Numbered from the stretch's first letter, positions 40,902 to 51,890 are shown. The stretch is DNA of 64,000 nucleotides from Gammaproteobacteria bacterium (GCA_026709505.1 JAPOSW010000128.1:20261-84260), one strand, 5' to 3'. The notes: generated from the letters alone by a model not told the origin. Program-made: numbers and translations.

Positions 40902-41181
40902 AAGCTCAATGCTACCACCGAAGTGCCGGATAATACAATGATTTTCTGCCTCATCCAATTGACAGATGCTGTACGTTCTCGAGAGATCGGGAATTCTGCC
41001 ATTTCCATCATTTTTTGATCCGGGCATACACTGTCAATTGACAACCCATCCACAACGCTCGAGGTCAATTGCGCTTCAGGCCTCTCAATTCGAGAAACCT
41101 GGCAATGCCGAAGGGGTTGCCACTTCAAATTTGCTCGCCCTTTGCCCTTGCCTGAAATCCAGTGACCAGTTTCTGGCAAAA

Positions 41182-42021
41182 TCAGTTCTTCTTTTGCTCA
41201 ATCATCCTCCTGTACAGCCGCTTTCGATTGACTGAGAATGTTTCGGAAACTATGCGGCTGGCCTCGCTTGCGGGAAGCGATGAACCCAAGCGTTCAAGGA
41301 GTTCGCAAGCTCTTTGCCATTCGAGATCGACGTCAGGGTTGCCGCCCACCACCAGGACAAATTCTCCTTTTCTCTGGTTCTCGTCTGAATGTGTGAAATG
41401 CAGTGCTTCATCAAGACTCCCAAGAAAAAACGTCTCGTGAATCTTGGTGATTTCGCGACCAATCATGACCGGCCTGTCCCAACCCAGTACATTGGCCATG
41501 TCTTTCAAGCATTCCTCTATCCGGTGGCTGGATTCATAGAAAACCAGAGTGCGGGATTCATTCCTCAATGCGCGAAGTGCATTCTGACGCCGCTTTGCCT
41601 GAGATGGCAGAAATCCCTCAAAGCAAAAGCGATGGCAGGGTACGCCGGAAACGCTCAAGGCTGCAATCGCCGCATTCGGACCGGGAACCGGAGATACTCT
41701 CAGTCCCTGCCTGTGGACTTCCCGAACCAGCGAGAATCCGGGATCACTGATCAACGGTGTTCCCGCATCACTAACCAGCGCAATGTCCTGTCCATCCCAT
41801 AATCGCTGCACTACCCAGCCTAGCAGCTTGTTTTCGTTATGGTCATGGAATGATCGAGCGCGGGCGCTTATCCCGTATGCCTGAAGCAATCGGGCAGTCC
41901 GCCGAGTGTCCTCGCACAATACCAAGTCAGCTTCGGATATGACTGATCGCGCCCGCTCGCTCAAGTCGGACAAGTTACCGATCGGGGTGGCAACCACATA
42001 CAGTATGCCTGAACTATCCAT
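41182..42021 (-). CDS. rsmI: 16S rRNA (cytidine1402-2'-O)-methyltransferase
   Basis: LYVVATPIGNLSDLSERA...LCEDTRRTARLL. 279 aa. Confidence 0.9.
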   Translation of the reverse strand: MDSSGILYVVATPIGNLSDLSERARSVISEADLVLCEDTRRTARLLQAYGISARARSFHDHNENKLLGWVVQRLWDGQDIALVSDAGTPLISDPGFSLVREVHRQGLRVSPVPGPNAAIAALSVSGVPCHRFCFEGFLPSQAKRRQNALRALRNESRTLVFYESSHRIEECLKDMANVLGWDRPVMIGREITKIHETFFLGSLDEALHFTHSDENQRKGEFVLVVGGNPDVDLEWQRACELLERLGSSLPASEASRIVSETFSVNRKRLYRRMIEQKKN

Positions 42022-42067
42022 GGCTAGACAGGAGGCGCCTCTCGAAAAACCAGCAAAAGCAACGGCA

Positions 42068-42817
42068 TTACTTCAAGGAAAAATGACTGCGAAAGACTTT
42101 CAAGTCCTGTTCGGTATCAATGCCGGTCGGGGGCAAGTCATCCGCCTGTACACACTTGATCTTCCCTCCATGCCACAGCACCCTTAACTGTTCAAGTTGT
42201 TCCAGCTCCTCCAGCGGACAAGGATTCATCTTTGCATAATCCCGAATGAACCCGGCCCGATAGCCATAGATTCCAATATGCCGTTTTGCACAGGCCAGAT
42301 TCAGTCCACTTCGATTGCGGTCAAACGGAATCGGCGCCCTTGAGAAATACAGCGCCTCACCCGCAGCATTCACAACCGCCTTGACCACCGAGGACTCGAT
42401 CATTTCTGATTCTGACTGGATCGGCGTGACGGCTGTCGACATGACCCAAAGACCCGACTCGGGCAGAACATGGGCAACCTGATTGACGAGAGATGGAGGT
42501 ATGCCAGGCTCATCGCCCTGCACATTGACAATCACCTCATGATCGTCAAGGCCCAAGATTCCGGCTGCTTCAGCAACCCGTTCACTCCCTGAGCGATGTC
42601 GATGCGAAGTCATCACCGAAATGGCTTCGGACTGGTTTGCTATTTCGGCAATCCTTTCATCATCGGTCGCCACGATAACACTGCTCGCATCACTCTGTTG
42701 ACACTGCTCAATTACGCGCTGGATCATCGGCTTGCCCGCAATATCCGTCAGAGCCTTGCCGGGAAGGCGGGTCGAGGCATAACGAGACGGAATAATGATG
42801 TGAAAAGGATTGTCCAT
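42068..42817 (-). CDS. kdsB: 3-deoxy-manno-octulosonate cytidylyltransferase
   Basis: IIIPSRYASTRLPGKAL, VIVATDDERI, NVQGDEP. Confidence 0.9.
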   Translation of the reverse strand: MDNPFHIIIPSRYASTRLPGKALTDIAGKPMIQRVIEQCQQSDASSVIVATDDERIAEIANQSEAISVMTSHRHRSGSERVAEAAGILGLDDHEVIVNVQGDEPGIPPSLVNQVAHVLPESGLWVMSTAVTPIQSESEMIESSVVKAVVNAAGEALYFSRAPIPFDRNRSGLNLACAKRHIGIYGYRAGFIRDYAKMNPCPLEELEQLEQLRVLWHGGKIKCVQADDLPPTGIDTEQDLKVFRSHFSLK

Positions 42818-42840
42818 GCGAATGAATTGTTTTCGGCTAT

Positions 42841-43833
42841 TCAGGTCAGCTTGTCCAGACGGATTTCTATCTCGCGAAAGAAGTCATCATGCACCACGGC
42901 CTCGGCCTCGGCCACGAGCAAATGCCCGGTGTGCGGAAGGTCATGGCACTTGACTGCATCCTTCTCACTCATCAGGACAGGCAGGTCATCATCAAACATC
43001 AAATCCCCGGCAGAATAAAAATGATGGTCAGCAAAACGATGCCGAACGATATCAAGTCCCAAGCCTTCGAGCTGCATGAAAAACCGCTCTGGGTTCCCCA
43101 GCGCAGCCACCGCATGCACAGGCCCATTCTTCAAATCGGCAATATCGACAGTCCTGCGGTCCGACAAGTTTCGAATGGCCCGTATTTGCATGTCCATTGT
43201 ATGGCCATCTCCTTCATGCTTGTACCCGTAGTTGCCGTTTCTGACCTTGATGTCTGCACGCTTTAGCCCTCCAATGGGTTCCCGCAAGGGGCCGGCCGGC
43301 AGACACCATCCGTTGCCAAACCCGAACTCCGAATCAATAACCGCGATATTCAAATCCCGATAGAGGGCAAGATGCTGCAATCCGTCATCGCTGACAACAA
43401 CGTCGCAATTGCATTTCTCAATCAGCACCTTTGCATCCTGTGCTCGATCAGGGCCAGCTACAACCGGCAGATCGGCAGTCAACCGAACCAGCAGTGCCTC
43501 GTCCCCGACTTCCAGCACTGGCGTATCCGGTTTTACCACTCTTGGCCAGCGGGTGGATTGTCCTTTATAGCCCCGGGTAATGACACCGGGTCGATAGCCC
43601 CGGGCTTTGAGCTGCCTTGCGATCGCAATCACCAGGGGAGTCTTGCCGCTTCCGCCTGCCGTGATCGCTCCAACCACAATCACTGGAACCGAAACTCTGG
43701 CGGTTCTTTTCAGGCCGGTACGGTACATCCAGACCTTGATGCCATGCAGGAGAATATACAGCCATGACAGGGGCAGCAGCGCATAGTTGATCCACCCCGG
43801 CGTACTCCACCCGGCCTGCAGCTTATTCCTCAT
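42841..43833 (-). CDS. lpxK: Tetraacyldisaccharide 4'-kinase
   Basis: VIVVGAITAGGSGKTP P-loop and RGY...DEALL. 11-nt overlap with the msbA stop. Confidence 0.9.
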   Translation of the reverse strand: MRNKLQAGWSTPGWINYALLPLSWLYILLHGIKVWMYRTGLKRTARVSVPVIVVGAITAGGSGKTPLVIAIARQLKARGYRPGVITRGYKGQSTRWPRVVKPDTPVLEVGDEALLVRLTADLPVVAGPDRAQDAKVLIEKCNCDVVVSDDGLQHLALYRDLNIAVIDSEFGFGNGWCLPAGPLREPIGGLKRADIKVRNGNYGYKHEGDGHTMDMQIRAIRNLSDRRTVDIADLKNGPVHAVAALGNPERFFMQLEGLGLDIVRHRFADHHFYSAGDLMFDDDLPVLMSEKDAVKCHDLPHTGHLLVAEAEAVVHDDFFREIEIRLDKLT

Positions 43834-45574
43834 CCGAATGCTTGAGGAACTGGCTATTGACCAGTTCGGTGTAGAGTCCCTTGGCCTTGATCAGCTGTTC
43901 ATGGGTGCCCTGTTCGACAATCTGTCCCCGATTGATCACCAAGATGCGATCGGCATTCTGGACAGTGCTTAACCGATGCGCAATAACCAAAGTAGTGCGA
44001 TCCGAGATCAGGCGCTCAATTGCCTTGTGGATGAAGAGCTCGGAATTGGAATCCAGCGACGAGGTGGCTTCGTCCATCACCAGTATCCTGGAATCCTTGT
44101 AGAGTGCGCGTGCGATTGCAACCCGCTGTCGCTGTCCGCCTGAAAGCCTTAAGCCTGATTCACCCAGCAAGGTGTCCTGCCCATCCTTGAGATCCTTCAC
44201 AAAGTCGGTGATATGAGCCGCATCACAGATCTCCTCCAGTCTCTGCAGGTCAATCGGACCTTTTCGGCCATAGGTGATGTTGTTCCTCAGCGTATCGTCA
44301 AATAACAGGATATCCTGGCTAACCAAGGATACATTGGCACGAAGCGACTTGATGGTCAAATTGCTGATGGGTATTCCGTCAATCGTGATTTGCCCTTCTG
44401 CTGGCGTGTAAAGACGCAGCAGCATTGATGCCAATGTCGACTTTCCTGCCCCTGAAGGACCAACCAGCGCTACGGTTGCCCCTGCAGGAATTTCGAAACT
44501 GATATCGCGAGCAACTTCGGCAGAATCCGAACTGTACCGAAACGATATGGAATCAAACGACACCTTGCCGACCACATCTTCAAGGACTCGGGTTCCGGTG
44601 TCTGGCTCACGTTCCAGATCTATCATGCGGAAGATCGAAGTGGCGGCGGCCAATCCGGCCTGGATCACCTCGTTAATCTTCAGCAGGTTCTTGACCGGGG
44701 CAACTACCATGGTCATGGCCACCAGGTAGGAAGTGAAAACGCCGGGCTGGACTTCAAACTTGAGGGCAAGCCAGATTACTGCCGCCACGCCAACACCCAT
44801 GATCAGGACGATAGTGGGAACACTCAAGGCCACAATCACCACGCGTTTCATGATTTGCTGCCGATTATGGTTGTTGGCATTGAAGAACACGTTCTTCTCA
44901 TGGTCATACGCATCAAACAGCTTGACCACCCGATGGCTTTGAAAGACCTGCTTGGCGATGTGCGAAATATCACCGACACTTTCCTGAACACGCATACTGA
45001 TGCGCCGAATTCTCCCGCCGGTGCGGGTAAAGATGAAAATGGAGACCGGCACAATGACCATGAAGATCAAGGACAGCTGCCAACTCAGATAGAACATCAA
45101 TCCGAGCAGAAACATCACCTTGACGAAATCCCTGAAAACGATCCTGAGCGCGTCACCACTCGCATTCGCCACCTGCTCCACATCAAACGTCAAACGGGAT
45201 ACCAGTGAACCGCTCGGTTCACGATCATAAAATTCGGCCGGAGCATACATCAGGTTCTCAAACATGATCTGACGCAAATCCTGGATGACCTTGCGCGATA
45301 CCCAGCTCATGCAGTAGGTGTCGATAAAATCTCCGAAAGCCCGCCCGAAGGCTATCAGCAGTAATACGATGGGTATGATTCGGATAAAATCGGCATCGCG
45401 CCCGACAAAGCCATCATCCATCAGAGGCTGAAGGATCCAGGCAAACCCAGTATCGGCTGCGGCCGCCATAATCATTCCGGCCATTGCAATCAGAAACACC
45501 CACTTGTACGGCAGCATGTGCTTGGTCAAACGCCAATACAGTGCTTTGTTACTGGGTGCTTGCATGGTTTGCAT
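43823..45574 (-). CDS. msbA: Lipid A export ATP-binding/permease protein
   Basis: Six-TM ABC exporter domain, then GPSGAGKST, LSGGQRQRVAIARAL, ILVMDEATS. ATG 45574 avoids overlap with the upstream regulator gene. Confidence 0.9.
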   Translation of the reverse strand: MQTMQAPSNKALYWRLTKHMLPYKWVFLIAMAGMIMAAAADTGFAWILQPLMDDGFVGRDADFIRIIPIVLLLIAFGRAFGDFIDTYCMSWVSRKVIQDLRQIMFENLMYAPAEFYDREPSGSLVSRLTFDVEQVANASGDALRIVFRDFVKVMFLLGLMFYLSWQLSLIFMVIVPVSIFIFTRTGGRIRRISMRVQESVGDISHIAKQVFQSHRVVKLFDAYDHEKNVFFNANNHNRQQIMKRVVIVALSVPTIVLIMGVGVAAVIWLALKFEVQPGVFTSYLVAMTMVVAPVKNLLKINEVIQAGLAAATSIFRMIDLEREPDTGTRVLEDVVGKVSFDSISFRYSSDSAEVARDISFEIPAGATVALVGPSGAGKSTLASMLLRLYTPAEGQITIDGIPISNLTIKSLRANVSLVSQDILLFDDTLRNNITYGRKGPIDLQRLEEICDAAHITDFVKDLKDGQDTLLGESGLRLSGGQRQRVAIARALYKDSRILVMDEATSSLDSNSELFIHKAIERLISDRTTLVIAHRLSTVQNADRILVINRGQIVEQGTHEQLIKAKGLYTELVNSQFLKHSDEE

Positions 45575-45615
45575 CGGGGATTTCGGAAAAGAAGCTGGAA
45601 TATCGGCAAGCTTCT

Positions 45616-46596
45616 TCAGTTCAGAATCAAGGCAGGTCGTCTTTCGCCACTCGGCGGATAACTGAAATGTTCGCGATAGCACTTGCTGAAATGATTTGAA
45701 GAATTAAACCCGCAGGACATGGCAATTTCAGATACCAGCATATTGGTCTGCTGCAAGAGATGGCGGGCCTGAATCAGTCTGAGTCGCTTGTAGTATTCAA
45801 TCGGACTGCAGTTGAGGTACTTGCGAAACAGCCGTTCAAGCTGGCGCCTCGAGACGCCGATATGACCTGCGATTTCCTCAAGCTCCAGCAATTCCTCCTT
45901 GTTGGCCTCCATGTAGACCACGGCTTCGGCTAGCTTGGGCTGGCTACCGCCAAGCAAAATCCGCAGCGACGAGGGCTGTCGGTCGTTCTGGTCACGCACT
46001 CTCTCAAGCATGAACTCTTCGGCAACCTCGTTGGCCAAAACGGTTCCGTGATGTCGGGCTATAAGATATATCATCAAGTCCATCGAAGCAATGCCGCCTG
46101 CGCAGGTATAGCGATTGCGGTCGACCTTGAACAGCACAGGACTAACGATCAAGTCGGGAAACTTTTCCATCAGACTCGCCATATTCTCCCAGTGGATGGT
46201 GCATCGATAACCTCTCAGCAGGCCAGCTTCAGCCAAGATGTAGGAACCTGTACACAATGCGCCAATATTGACGTGTTTCTTGGCCTGCATGCGCAACCAG
46301 TCACGAACCGGCTTGCTGACGCAGTCCTCAATCTGGAGTCCACCGCATACAAATACGCCATCGAGCCGACCGCAGCGCTTGAGTTTGGCGACATTGAACT
46401 GAATTCCGCAACTGGAGGTCACGGGATGTTTGCCCTCGCCAAGCAATACCCATTCATAGAGTTCATCGTTTAACAACCGGTTGGCCATGCGCAGTGGGTC
46501 CAGAGCCGCCGCAAAGGGCGTCAGCGAAAACCCGGGAAGGAGCAGGAAACCATAGCGAGTGGTTCGATTACGTGATTCTGGAACCTGCATTGGCAA
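45616..46596 (-). CDS. GlxA-family (DJ-1/PfpI-like domain + AraC HTH) transcriptional regulator, same architecture as GbdR/CdhR/SouR
   Basis: N-terminus YGFLLLPGFSLTPFAAALDPLRMAN...LCTGSYILAEAGLL. C-terminal AraC HTH VSRRQLERLFRKYL..SPIEYY...R...A..LL..T...V.EIA..CGF.S..HFSK.YR. Divergent from the MttB gene. Confidence 0.85.
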   Translation of the reverse strand: MPMQVPESRNRTTRYGFLLLPGFSLTPFAAALDPLRMANRLLNDELYEWVLLGEGKHPVTSSCGIQFNVAKLKRCGRLDGVFVCGGLQIEDCVSKPVRDWLRMQAKKHVNIGALCTGSYILAEAGLLRGYRCTIHWENMASLMEKFPDLIVSPVLFKVDRNRYTCAGGIASMDLMIYLIARHHGTVLANEVAEEFMLERVRDQNDRQPSSLRILLGGSQPKLAEAVVYMEANKEELLELEEIAGHIGVSRRQLERLFRKYLNCSPIEYYKRLRLIQARHLLQQTNMLVSEIAMSCGFNSSNHFSKCYREHFSYPPSGERRPALILN

Positions 46597-46755
46597 ACAT
46601 GTTTAGAGCTTAGGCGGATTATCGCTATACTTCACGCATGACGCAATTCATTCTGAGCAAGTCGTAATAAAACACGAAAAGTTTTCGACATATTTCTATT
46701 ATCCGTTATTTGGACTCAGTTCAGAACCTTGTATTTTCATTCCTTTTCATTCGAC

Positions 46756-48285
46756 ATGCAGAAATCCACAAGAAAACGCAGCGGTCGCCGGAGTCGTCCC
46801 CAAACGCATAATCCCGAGCCCGCTGGCATTGCCTATCTCAATCGTCAGATCCCCGATACGCAGTTGTTGAATGCCGAGGGTCTTGAGCTGATTGAGCATA
46901 ATGCCGACACGATTCTTGAGGAAATCGGCATTGATTTCAGGTATGAGCCGGCAAAAAAACTGTTCAGGGCGGCTGGTGCAGAAATTGATGGTGACCGAAT
47001 CCGTTTTCCGCGAGGGATGTGTCGGGGCATTATTCAGGAGAGTGCACCCCGTGAATTCGAGCAGAAAGCCCGTAATCCAAAACGCAATGTAACGATTGGC
47101 GGCAATTCCACGGTGTTTGCACCGGTATATGGACCGCCATTTGTCAGGGACCTTGATCAAGGCCGGCGCTATGCGACGATTGAGGATTTCCGCAATTTCG
47201 TAAAACTGGCTTACCTGCTGCCCTCGCTCCACCATTCGGGGGGTACGGTTTGCGAGCCCACAGACGTGCCGGTCAACAAGAGGCATTTCGACATGGTTTA
47301 CAGCCATATTAAATACAGCGACAAGCCCTTCATGGGTTCAGTCACCCACCCTGAACGGGCCGAAGACTCGGTCGAGATGTGCAAAATCCTGTTTGGCGCG
47401 GACTATGTTGATCAGAATACGGTATTGGTGAATCTCATCAATGCCAATTCTCCGATGACTTTTGATGAGACCATGCTGGGCGCATCGGAAGTCTACGCAA
47501 GAAACAATCAGGCCAGTATTGTCTCGCCGTTTATCCTGTCGGGTGCCATGTCGCCGGTCACCGTGGCTGGAACCATGGCGCAAATTCTGGCCGAGGCACT
47601 GGCGGGAATCGCATTTACCCAGCTTGTTCGACCGGGATCGCCGGTTATCTTCGGGACCTTTTCAAGCTCGATTTCCATGCAATCCGGGGCACCCACATTC
47701 GGTACGCCTGAACCGGCACTGGTGATTTACGGCTGCGCTGAACTTGCGCGGCGTCTCGGGGTGCCTTTTCGAAGTGGCGGGTCGTTGTGCGGTTCAAAGA
47801 TCACGGATGCACAGGCTGCCTATGAAAGTTCAAGCACCTTGTTGCCGACAATGCTGGCGGGAGTCAATTTTGTCCTGCATGCTGCCGGCTGGTTAGAGGG
47901 CGGTCTTGTTTCAGGTTATGAAAAGTTGATCATGGATGCCGATCAGCTGGGCATGATGGGGGTATTTGCAGGCGGCTATGACCTCACGGAAAACGGCCAG
48001 GCATTGCGAGCGATTCGAGAAGTGGGGCCGGGATCGCATTATCTGGGCTGTGAACATACTCAGGATAATTTCAAGACTGCGTTCTATCGATCTTCAATTG
48101 CCGATAACAACAGTTTTGAGCAGTGGGAGCTTGAAGGCAGTCTGGATGCGACAGCCAGGGCGAATGCGATCTGGAAACGGATGCTGAACGAATACGAGGC
48201 GCCGCCAATAGATCCGGCGATTGATGAGGCATTGCTGGAATTTATCGAAACTCGAAAGAGTTCGTTTCTGGATGCCAATTATTGA
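46756..48285 (+). CDS. MttB-superfamily methyltransferase without pyrrolysine (quaternary-amine:corrinoid methyltransferase candidate)
   Basis: 510 aa uninterrupted ORF. Arg-rich N-terminus, then family-typical blocks (L..E.L..I...A..ILEEIG, NANSPM.FD, GA.SP.T.AG...Q..AE.LAG, LHAAGWLEGGL..S.EK...D). Confidence 0.85.
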   Translation: MQKSTRKRSGRRSRPQTHNPEPAGIAYLNRQIPDTQLLNAEGLELIEHNADTILEEIGIDFRYEPAKKLFRAAGAEIDGDRIRFPRGMCRGIIQESAPREFEQKARNPKRNVTIGGNSTVFAPVYGPPFVRDLDQGRRYATIEDFRNFVKLAYLLPSLHHSGGTVCEPTDVPVNKRHFDMVYSHIKYSDKPFMGSVTHPERAEDSVEMCKILFGADYVDQNTVLVNLINANSPMTFDETMLGASEVYARNNQASIVSPFILSGAMSPVTVAGTMAQILAEALAGIAFTQLVRPGSPVIFGTFSSSISMQSGAPTFGTPEPALVIYGCAELARRLGVPFRSGGSLCGSKITDAQAAYESSSTLLPTMLAGVNFVLHAAGWLEGGLVSGYEKLIMDADQLGMMGVFAGGYDLTENGQALRAIREVGPGSHYLGCEHTQDNFKTAFYRSSIADNNSFEQWELEGSLDATARANAIWKRMLNEYEAPPIDPAIDEALLEFIETRKSSFLDANY

Positions 48286-48484
48286 TCCCCGACATCCGAA
48301 ACAAGGCGTGCATCAATTCAGTCAAGCCTGAGAATATGGGCTTCACAGCTTTCCCATAATCATTTGTCTTGCCGCAACAGCCGAAGAAAAACCAATCGTG
48401 CAGTCACTGGTCTGGCAGCACGGGGAATAAGGGGCGGGAGATCCATATCCGGCAATTATCAGAGAAATTGGCAGACCTTGGATT

Positions 48485-50506
48485 TCAGGGGCGCTTTCTC
48501 CGTCTTCTCCGCCCATCACTTCCTGATTGACCGGTTATCGGCGCATCATCGGCTTGCGGCAATTTGACCTGTTGGGCGAGTTTCTCGAATCTATCTGATT
48601 GATGGGGTATGCCCAGTGCTTCTACAAAATACTCCTGGAATTTATCCTCGACTGCAGTCTCAATTTTCTGAATCTGTTTTACAGTGTGCTCGATTTCCTC
48701 CCTTGCATCGGTATCCAGTAGAGCAATGCTGGCTCCCTTTCCGGCTGCATTGCCTGCCGAAGTGACCTGAGATAATTCGCAGTCGGGAATCATTCCCAGG
48801 ACCATGGCATATTTCACGTCAATATGGGCGCCAAAGGCTCCGGCCAACCGGATGCGATCGACCTGATCTACACCCATCTTGTCCATCAGCAATCTGGCCC
48901 CGGCATACAGAGCCGCCTTGGCTAGCTGTATGGCCCGGACATCGTTTTGCGTGATCAGGATTCTCACCGTATCCCTCTCGAAGAGCACATAGCTCCAGGT
49001 TTTGCCGTCTTGAACAATCCGATCTGACCGCTTTGCCAGTTCACCGTTGATCATTCCGTTCTTCAGGATAATTCCACATAAAAACATCTCGGCGATAACT
49101 TCGATAATGCCTGAGCCGCAAATTCCGGTAATGCCGGTATTGCCGAACTTGTCGAAGAACCCTGCATGATCGGACCAGAGATCACATCCGATCACCTGAA
49201 ACCTTGGTGCAAGCGTCTCGGCATTAATGCGCACCCGTTCGATGGCACCGGGTGCTGCGCGCTGCCCACTGCTGATCTGTGCTCCTTCAAATGCCGGACC
49301 GGTCGGGCTTGATGCAGCCAGCATCCGTGAGCGGTTGCCCAGTACGATCTCGGCATTGGTCCCGACATCCACCAACAGGGTTAATTCGTCCTGCTGGTAA
49401 GGGGCTTCCGACAGGGTTGCTGCCGCAGCATCGGCTCCCACATGTCCTGCGATGCACGGCAATACGTAGGTGCGGGCACCCGGGTGCAGCTGGATGTCAA
49501 TGTCGGATGCCTTGATACTGACCGACCGATCAGTCGCAAGAGCAAATGGGGCACCGCCCAGTTCGATAGGATTAATGCCCAATAGCAGATGATGCATAAT
49601 GGGATTGCCTACGATTGTCATGTCAAGAATATCCCCAGTCTCGATTTTGGCGATTTCGCACAAGTCGGCAATTTGCCCTTGCACGGCCTCGCGAACTGCG
49701 CAGGTCATGTCGACCTCGCCACCGGGATTCATCATCACATAGGAGACACGGCTCATCAGATCCTCGCCAAATCGAATCTGAGGGTTCATGCGGCCAGTTG
49801 AAGCGATCGCCTCACCGCTTATCAGATCGTACAGGTGCGCGGCAATGGTTGTTGATCCAATATCTATCGAAACTCCGTATACGGTACTTTTAAAGCCCGG
49901 CCACAAAGCAATCACCTCCTGTGCTTGATGCACTGCAGCCGTGATCTTCCACTCTCCTTCTCGGAGCAAATGCTGCAGAACACCCAGTAACCCAAAATCA
50001 AACTTGAGATCGCTGAGTCCCCATTCGAATTCGAGCGCATCCAGAATACGCTCGATATCCCCGGAGGGATGGTGCATATCGGGTTCCTGAACCTCGACAT
50101 AATGCAGGCGAACTGCCGGATTGACGGTCATCTCGTGAACATCAAGACGCTTTCTGACAATCTGTCGATGCGCCTGGCTTTCCGGCGGGATATCGATTAC
50201 GGCATCACCCTGAAGCAGGGCCTGACAGCCGAGACGTCGAGTGGGCGAGATATCATCCAGAAAATATGCCTCCTCGCTTGACGTGTGCCCGGAGAGGTTT
50301 TCCGGCCTGGAGTGAATCTGAAACTTCGGGAACTCCCCAACGCTCAAATCGATCTGGCATCGATCACAAATTCCCCGACCGCCGCACACCGTGTCGAGGT
50401 CGACTCCAAGCTGCTGAGCGGCGGCGAGTACAGATTTGCCGCTTTGTATCTCTCCCCGCTTGCCTGATGGCGTGAAGACAACCTTCACGAACTCACGGTC
50501 TGTCAT
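48485..50506 (-). CDS. Reductive activator of corrinoid enzymes (RamA/RACo-like): plant-type 2Fe-2S ferredoxin domain + ASKHA ATPase domain
   Basis: N-terminal CGGRGICDRCQ...C cluster. ASKHA phosphate motifs SIDIGSTTIAAHL and LVDVGTNAEIVLG. 673 aa. Confidence 0.8.
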   Translation of the reverse strand: MTDREFVKVVFTPSGKRGEIQSGKSVLAAAQQLGVDLDTVCGGRGICDRCQIDLSVGEFPKFQIHSRPENLSGHTSSEEAYFLDDISPTRRLGCQALLQGDAVIDIPPESQAHRQIVRKRLDVHEMTVNPAVRLHYVEVQEPDMHHPSGDIERILDALEFEWGLSDLKFDFGLLGVLQHLLREGEWKITAAVHQAQEVIALWPGFKSTVYGVSIDIGSTTIAAHLYDLISGEAIASTGRMNPQIRFGEDLMSRVSYVMMNPGGEVDMTCAVREAVQGQIADLCEIAKIETGDILDMTIVGNPIMHHLLLGINPIELGGAPFALATDRSVSIKASDIDIQLHPGARTYVLPCIAGHVGADAAAATLSEAPYQQDELTLLVDVGTNAEIVLGNRSRMLAASSPTGPAFEGAQISSGQRAAPGAIERVRINAETLAPRFQVIGCDLWSDHAGFFDKFGNTGITGICGSGIIEVIAEMFLCGIILKNGMINGELAKRSDRIVQDGKTWSYVLFERDTVRILITQNDVRAIQLAKAALYAGARLLMDKMGVDQVDRIRLAGAFGAHIDVKYAMVLGMIPDCELSQVTSAGNAAGKGASIALLDTDAREEIEHTVKQIQKIETAVEDKFQEYFVEALGIPHQSDRFEKLAQQVKLPQADDAPITGQSGSDGRRRRRKRP

Positions 50507-50880
50507 GCTTCAGCGTCGAGACTCGGTAGTTCATGATAGTCGCTCATGTCTTCAACGAATATGTTCTGGATAGATTTGACATGAGTGGGGGGATCCAGAG
50601 TTCCTGCCATGATGCTTATCCTGTCACTCCGGTTAAGCTTCCAGAACAGGCTTGACCCGCATTGACTGCAAAAACCCCGTTGTGCGATTTCGGAGGAACG
50701 ATACCAGACGAGGGTTTTATCCTTCATGATTTCCAGTTGGTCCAGCGCACATTGTACCGCTGCCACATGATGCCCTGAGGTTTTTCGACATTGACTGCAG
50801 AAGCAGTTGATGACGCCGCGGATATCCCCGGCTATCCGATAGCTGATTTCACCGCATAGGCAGCTTCCTTTTCGAATCAT
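50503..50880 (-). CDS. GFA-family (glutathione-dependent formaldehyde-activating enzyme / CENP-V fold) zinc protein
   Basis: GSCLCGEISY...CFCSQCRK.SG...FCSQCGSSLFW Cys pattern. Stop overlaps the activator start (ATGA). Confidence 0.8.
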   Translation of the reverse strand: MIRKGSCLCGEISYRIAGDIRGVINCFCSQCRKTSGHHVAAVQCALDQLEIMKDKTLVWYRSSEIAQRGFCSQCGSSLFWKLNRSDRISIMAGTLDPPTHVKSIQNIFVEDMSDYHELPSLDAEA

Positions 50881-50901
50881 TGGACCGTCGGCCGAACCAC
50901 T

Positions 50902-51822
50902 TTACCCTACTGCTGCCCGGCGTCGTCGCCGCCCTGAACGTCCGGCCCGGGCTTCGGCGAACATGTCATGGACTACTGCCGGCTGACGGTATTTCCTGAG
51001 CCACCTTGCACAGTTTTGATCATGGCCCATAACCACGTTGGCTGCCATCACGCCCTGCATGACTTCTTCGTGAAGAGGGTTGGTAATCGCAGAGGTCATG
51101 CCTGCTCCGATGGCCATGCTGATGAAATGTCCATCCATGCCCTTGCGATTGGGAATGCCAAAGCTGAAATTGGATGCACCGCAGGTGGTGTTGACCTTGA
51201 GTTCCTCCCGCAAGCGTTTCACCAGATGCAAGACCTGGCGGCCTGCGCTGTTGACTGCCCCGACCGGCATCACCAGTGGATCGACCACGATATCGCTGTG
51301 ATGGATTCCATAATCGGCTGCCCGTTCGACGATTTTCCTGGCGACATCAAAGCGCTCGTCAGGGTTTTCGGAGATTCCTGCCTCATCGTTGGAGATGGCG
51401 ACCACGGCACAGCTGTACTTTGCGACCAGCGGCAGCACCGCCTCCAGACGTTCTTCCTCACCGGTGATTGAATTCAGCAAGGGTTTGCCCTGATAGACCT
51501 CAAGCCCTGCTTCAAGAGCTCCGACGATGGATGAGTCAATCGACAGCGGAACATCGGTTACTGACTGCACGAGCTGAATGCATTCGGCAAGGATTTTCGG
51601 TTCGTCGGCAAGCGGGATACCGGCATTGACGTCCAGCATGCCTGCACCAGCCTGCACCTGGGCTATTGCATCCTGTTCGACACGTGAATAGTCACCTTGT
51701 TTCATCTCCTCGGCAAGAATTTTCCTCCCGGTCGGATTAATGCGCTCGCCAATAATCATGAATGGCTGTTCAAAGCCAATGCGAACTTCGCGACTGGCTG
51801 AACTGATAACGGTATCGGTCAT
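50902..51822 (-). CDS. Pterin-binding methyltransferase (methyltetrahydrofolate:corrinoid methyltransferase, MetH pterin-domain/MeTr-like)
   Basis: IIGERINPTGRK, LDVNAG and a TIM-barrel length of 306 aa. Arg-rich C-terminal tail. Confidence 0.8.
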   Translation of the reverse strand: MTDTVISSASREVRIGFEQPFMIIGERINPTGRKILAEEMKQGDYSRVEQDAIAQVQAGAGMLDVNAGIPLADEPKILAECIQLVQSVTDVPLSIDSSIVGALEAGLEVYQGKPLLNSITGEEERLEAVLPLVAKYSCAVVAISNDEAGISENPDERFDVARKIVERAADYGIHHSDIVVDPLVMPVGAVNSAGRQVLHLVKRLREELKVNTTCGASNFSFGIPNRKGMDGHFISMAIGAGMTSAITNPLHEEVMQGVMAANVVMGHDQNCARWLRKYRQPAVVHDMFAEARAGRSGRRRRRAAVG

Positions 51823-51890
51823 AACAAGGCTCCGGATTTGTCGGTGTAGATCAGTAAAATTTAATTATCGGGTCATGCTGCCCAATCCTC

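Noticed and set aside
40478-41179. ORFs 40478-40933(+), 40585-40941(+) and 40808-41179(-)
   Set aside because: They overlap the RNase P RNA gene, whose universal conserved blocks account for the sequence. The peptides are low-complexity and Cys/Pro/Arg-rich.
46756-48285. Pyrrolysine (in-frame UAG) recoding in the MttB-family gene
   Set aside because: The ORF is uninterrupted over all 510 codons. No pylTSBCD-like genes are present in the window.
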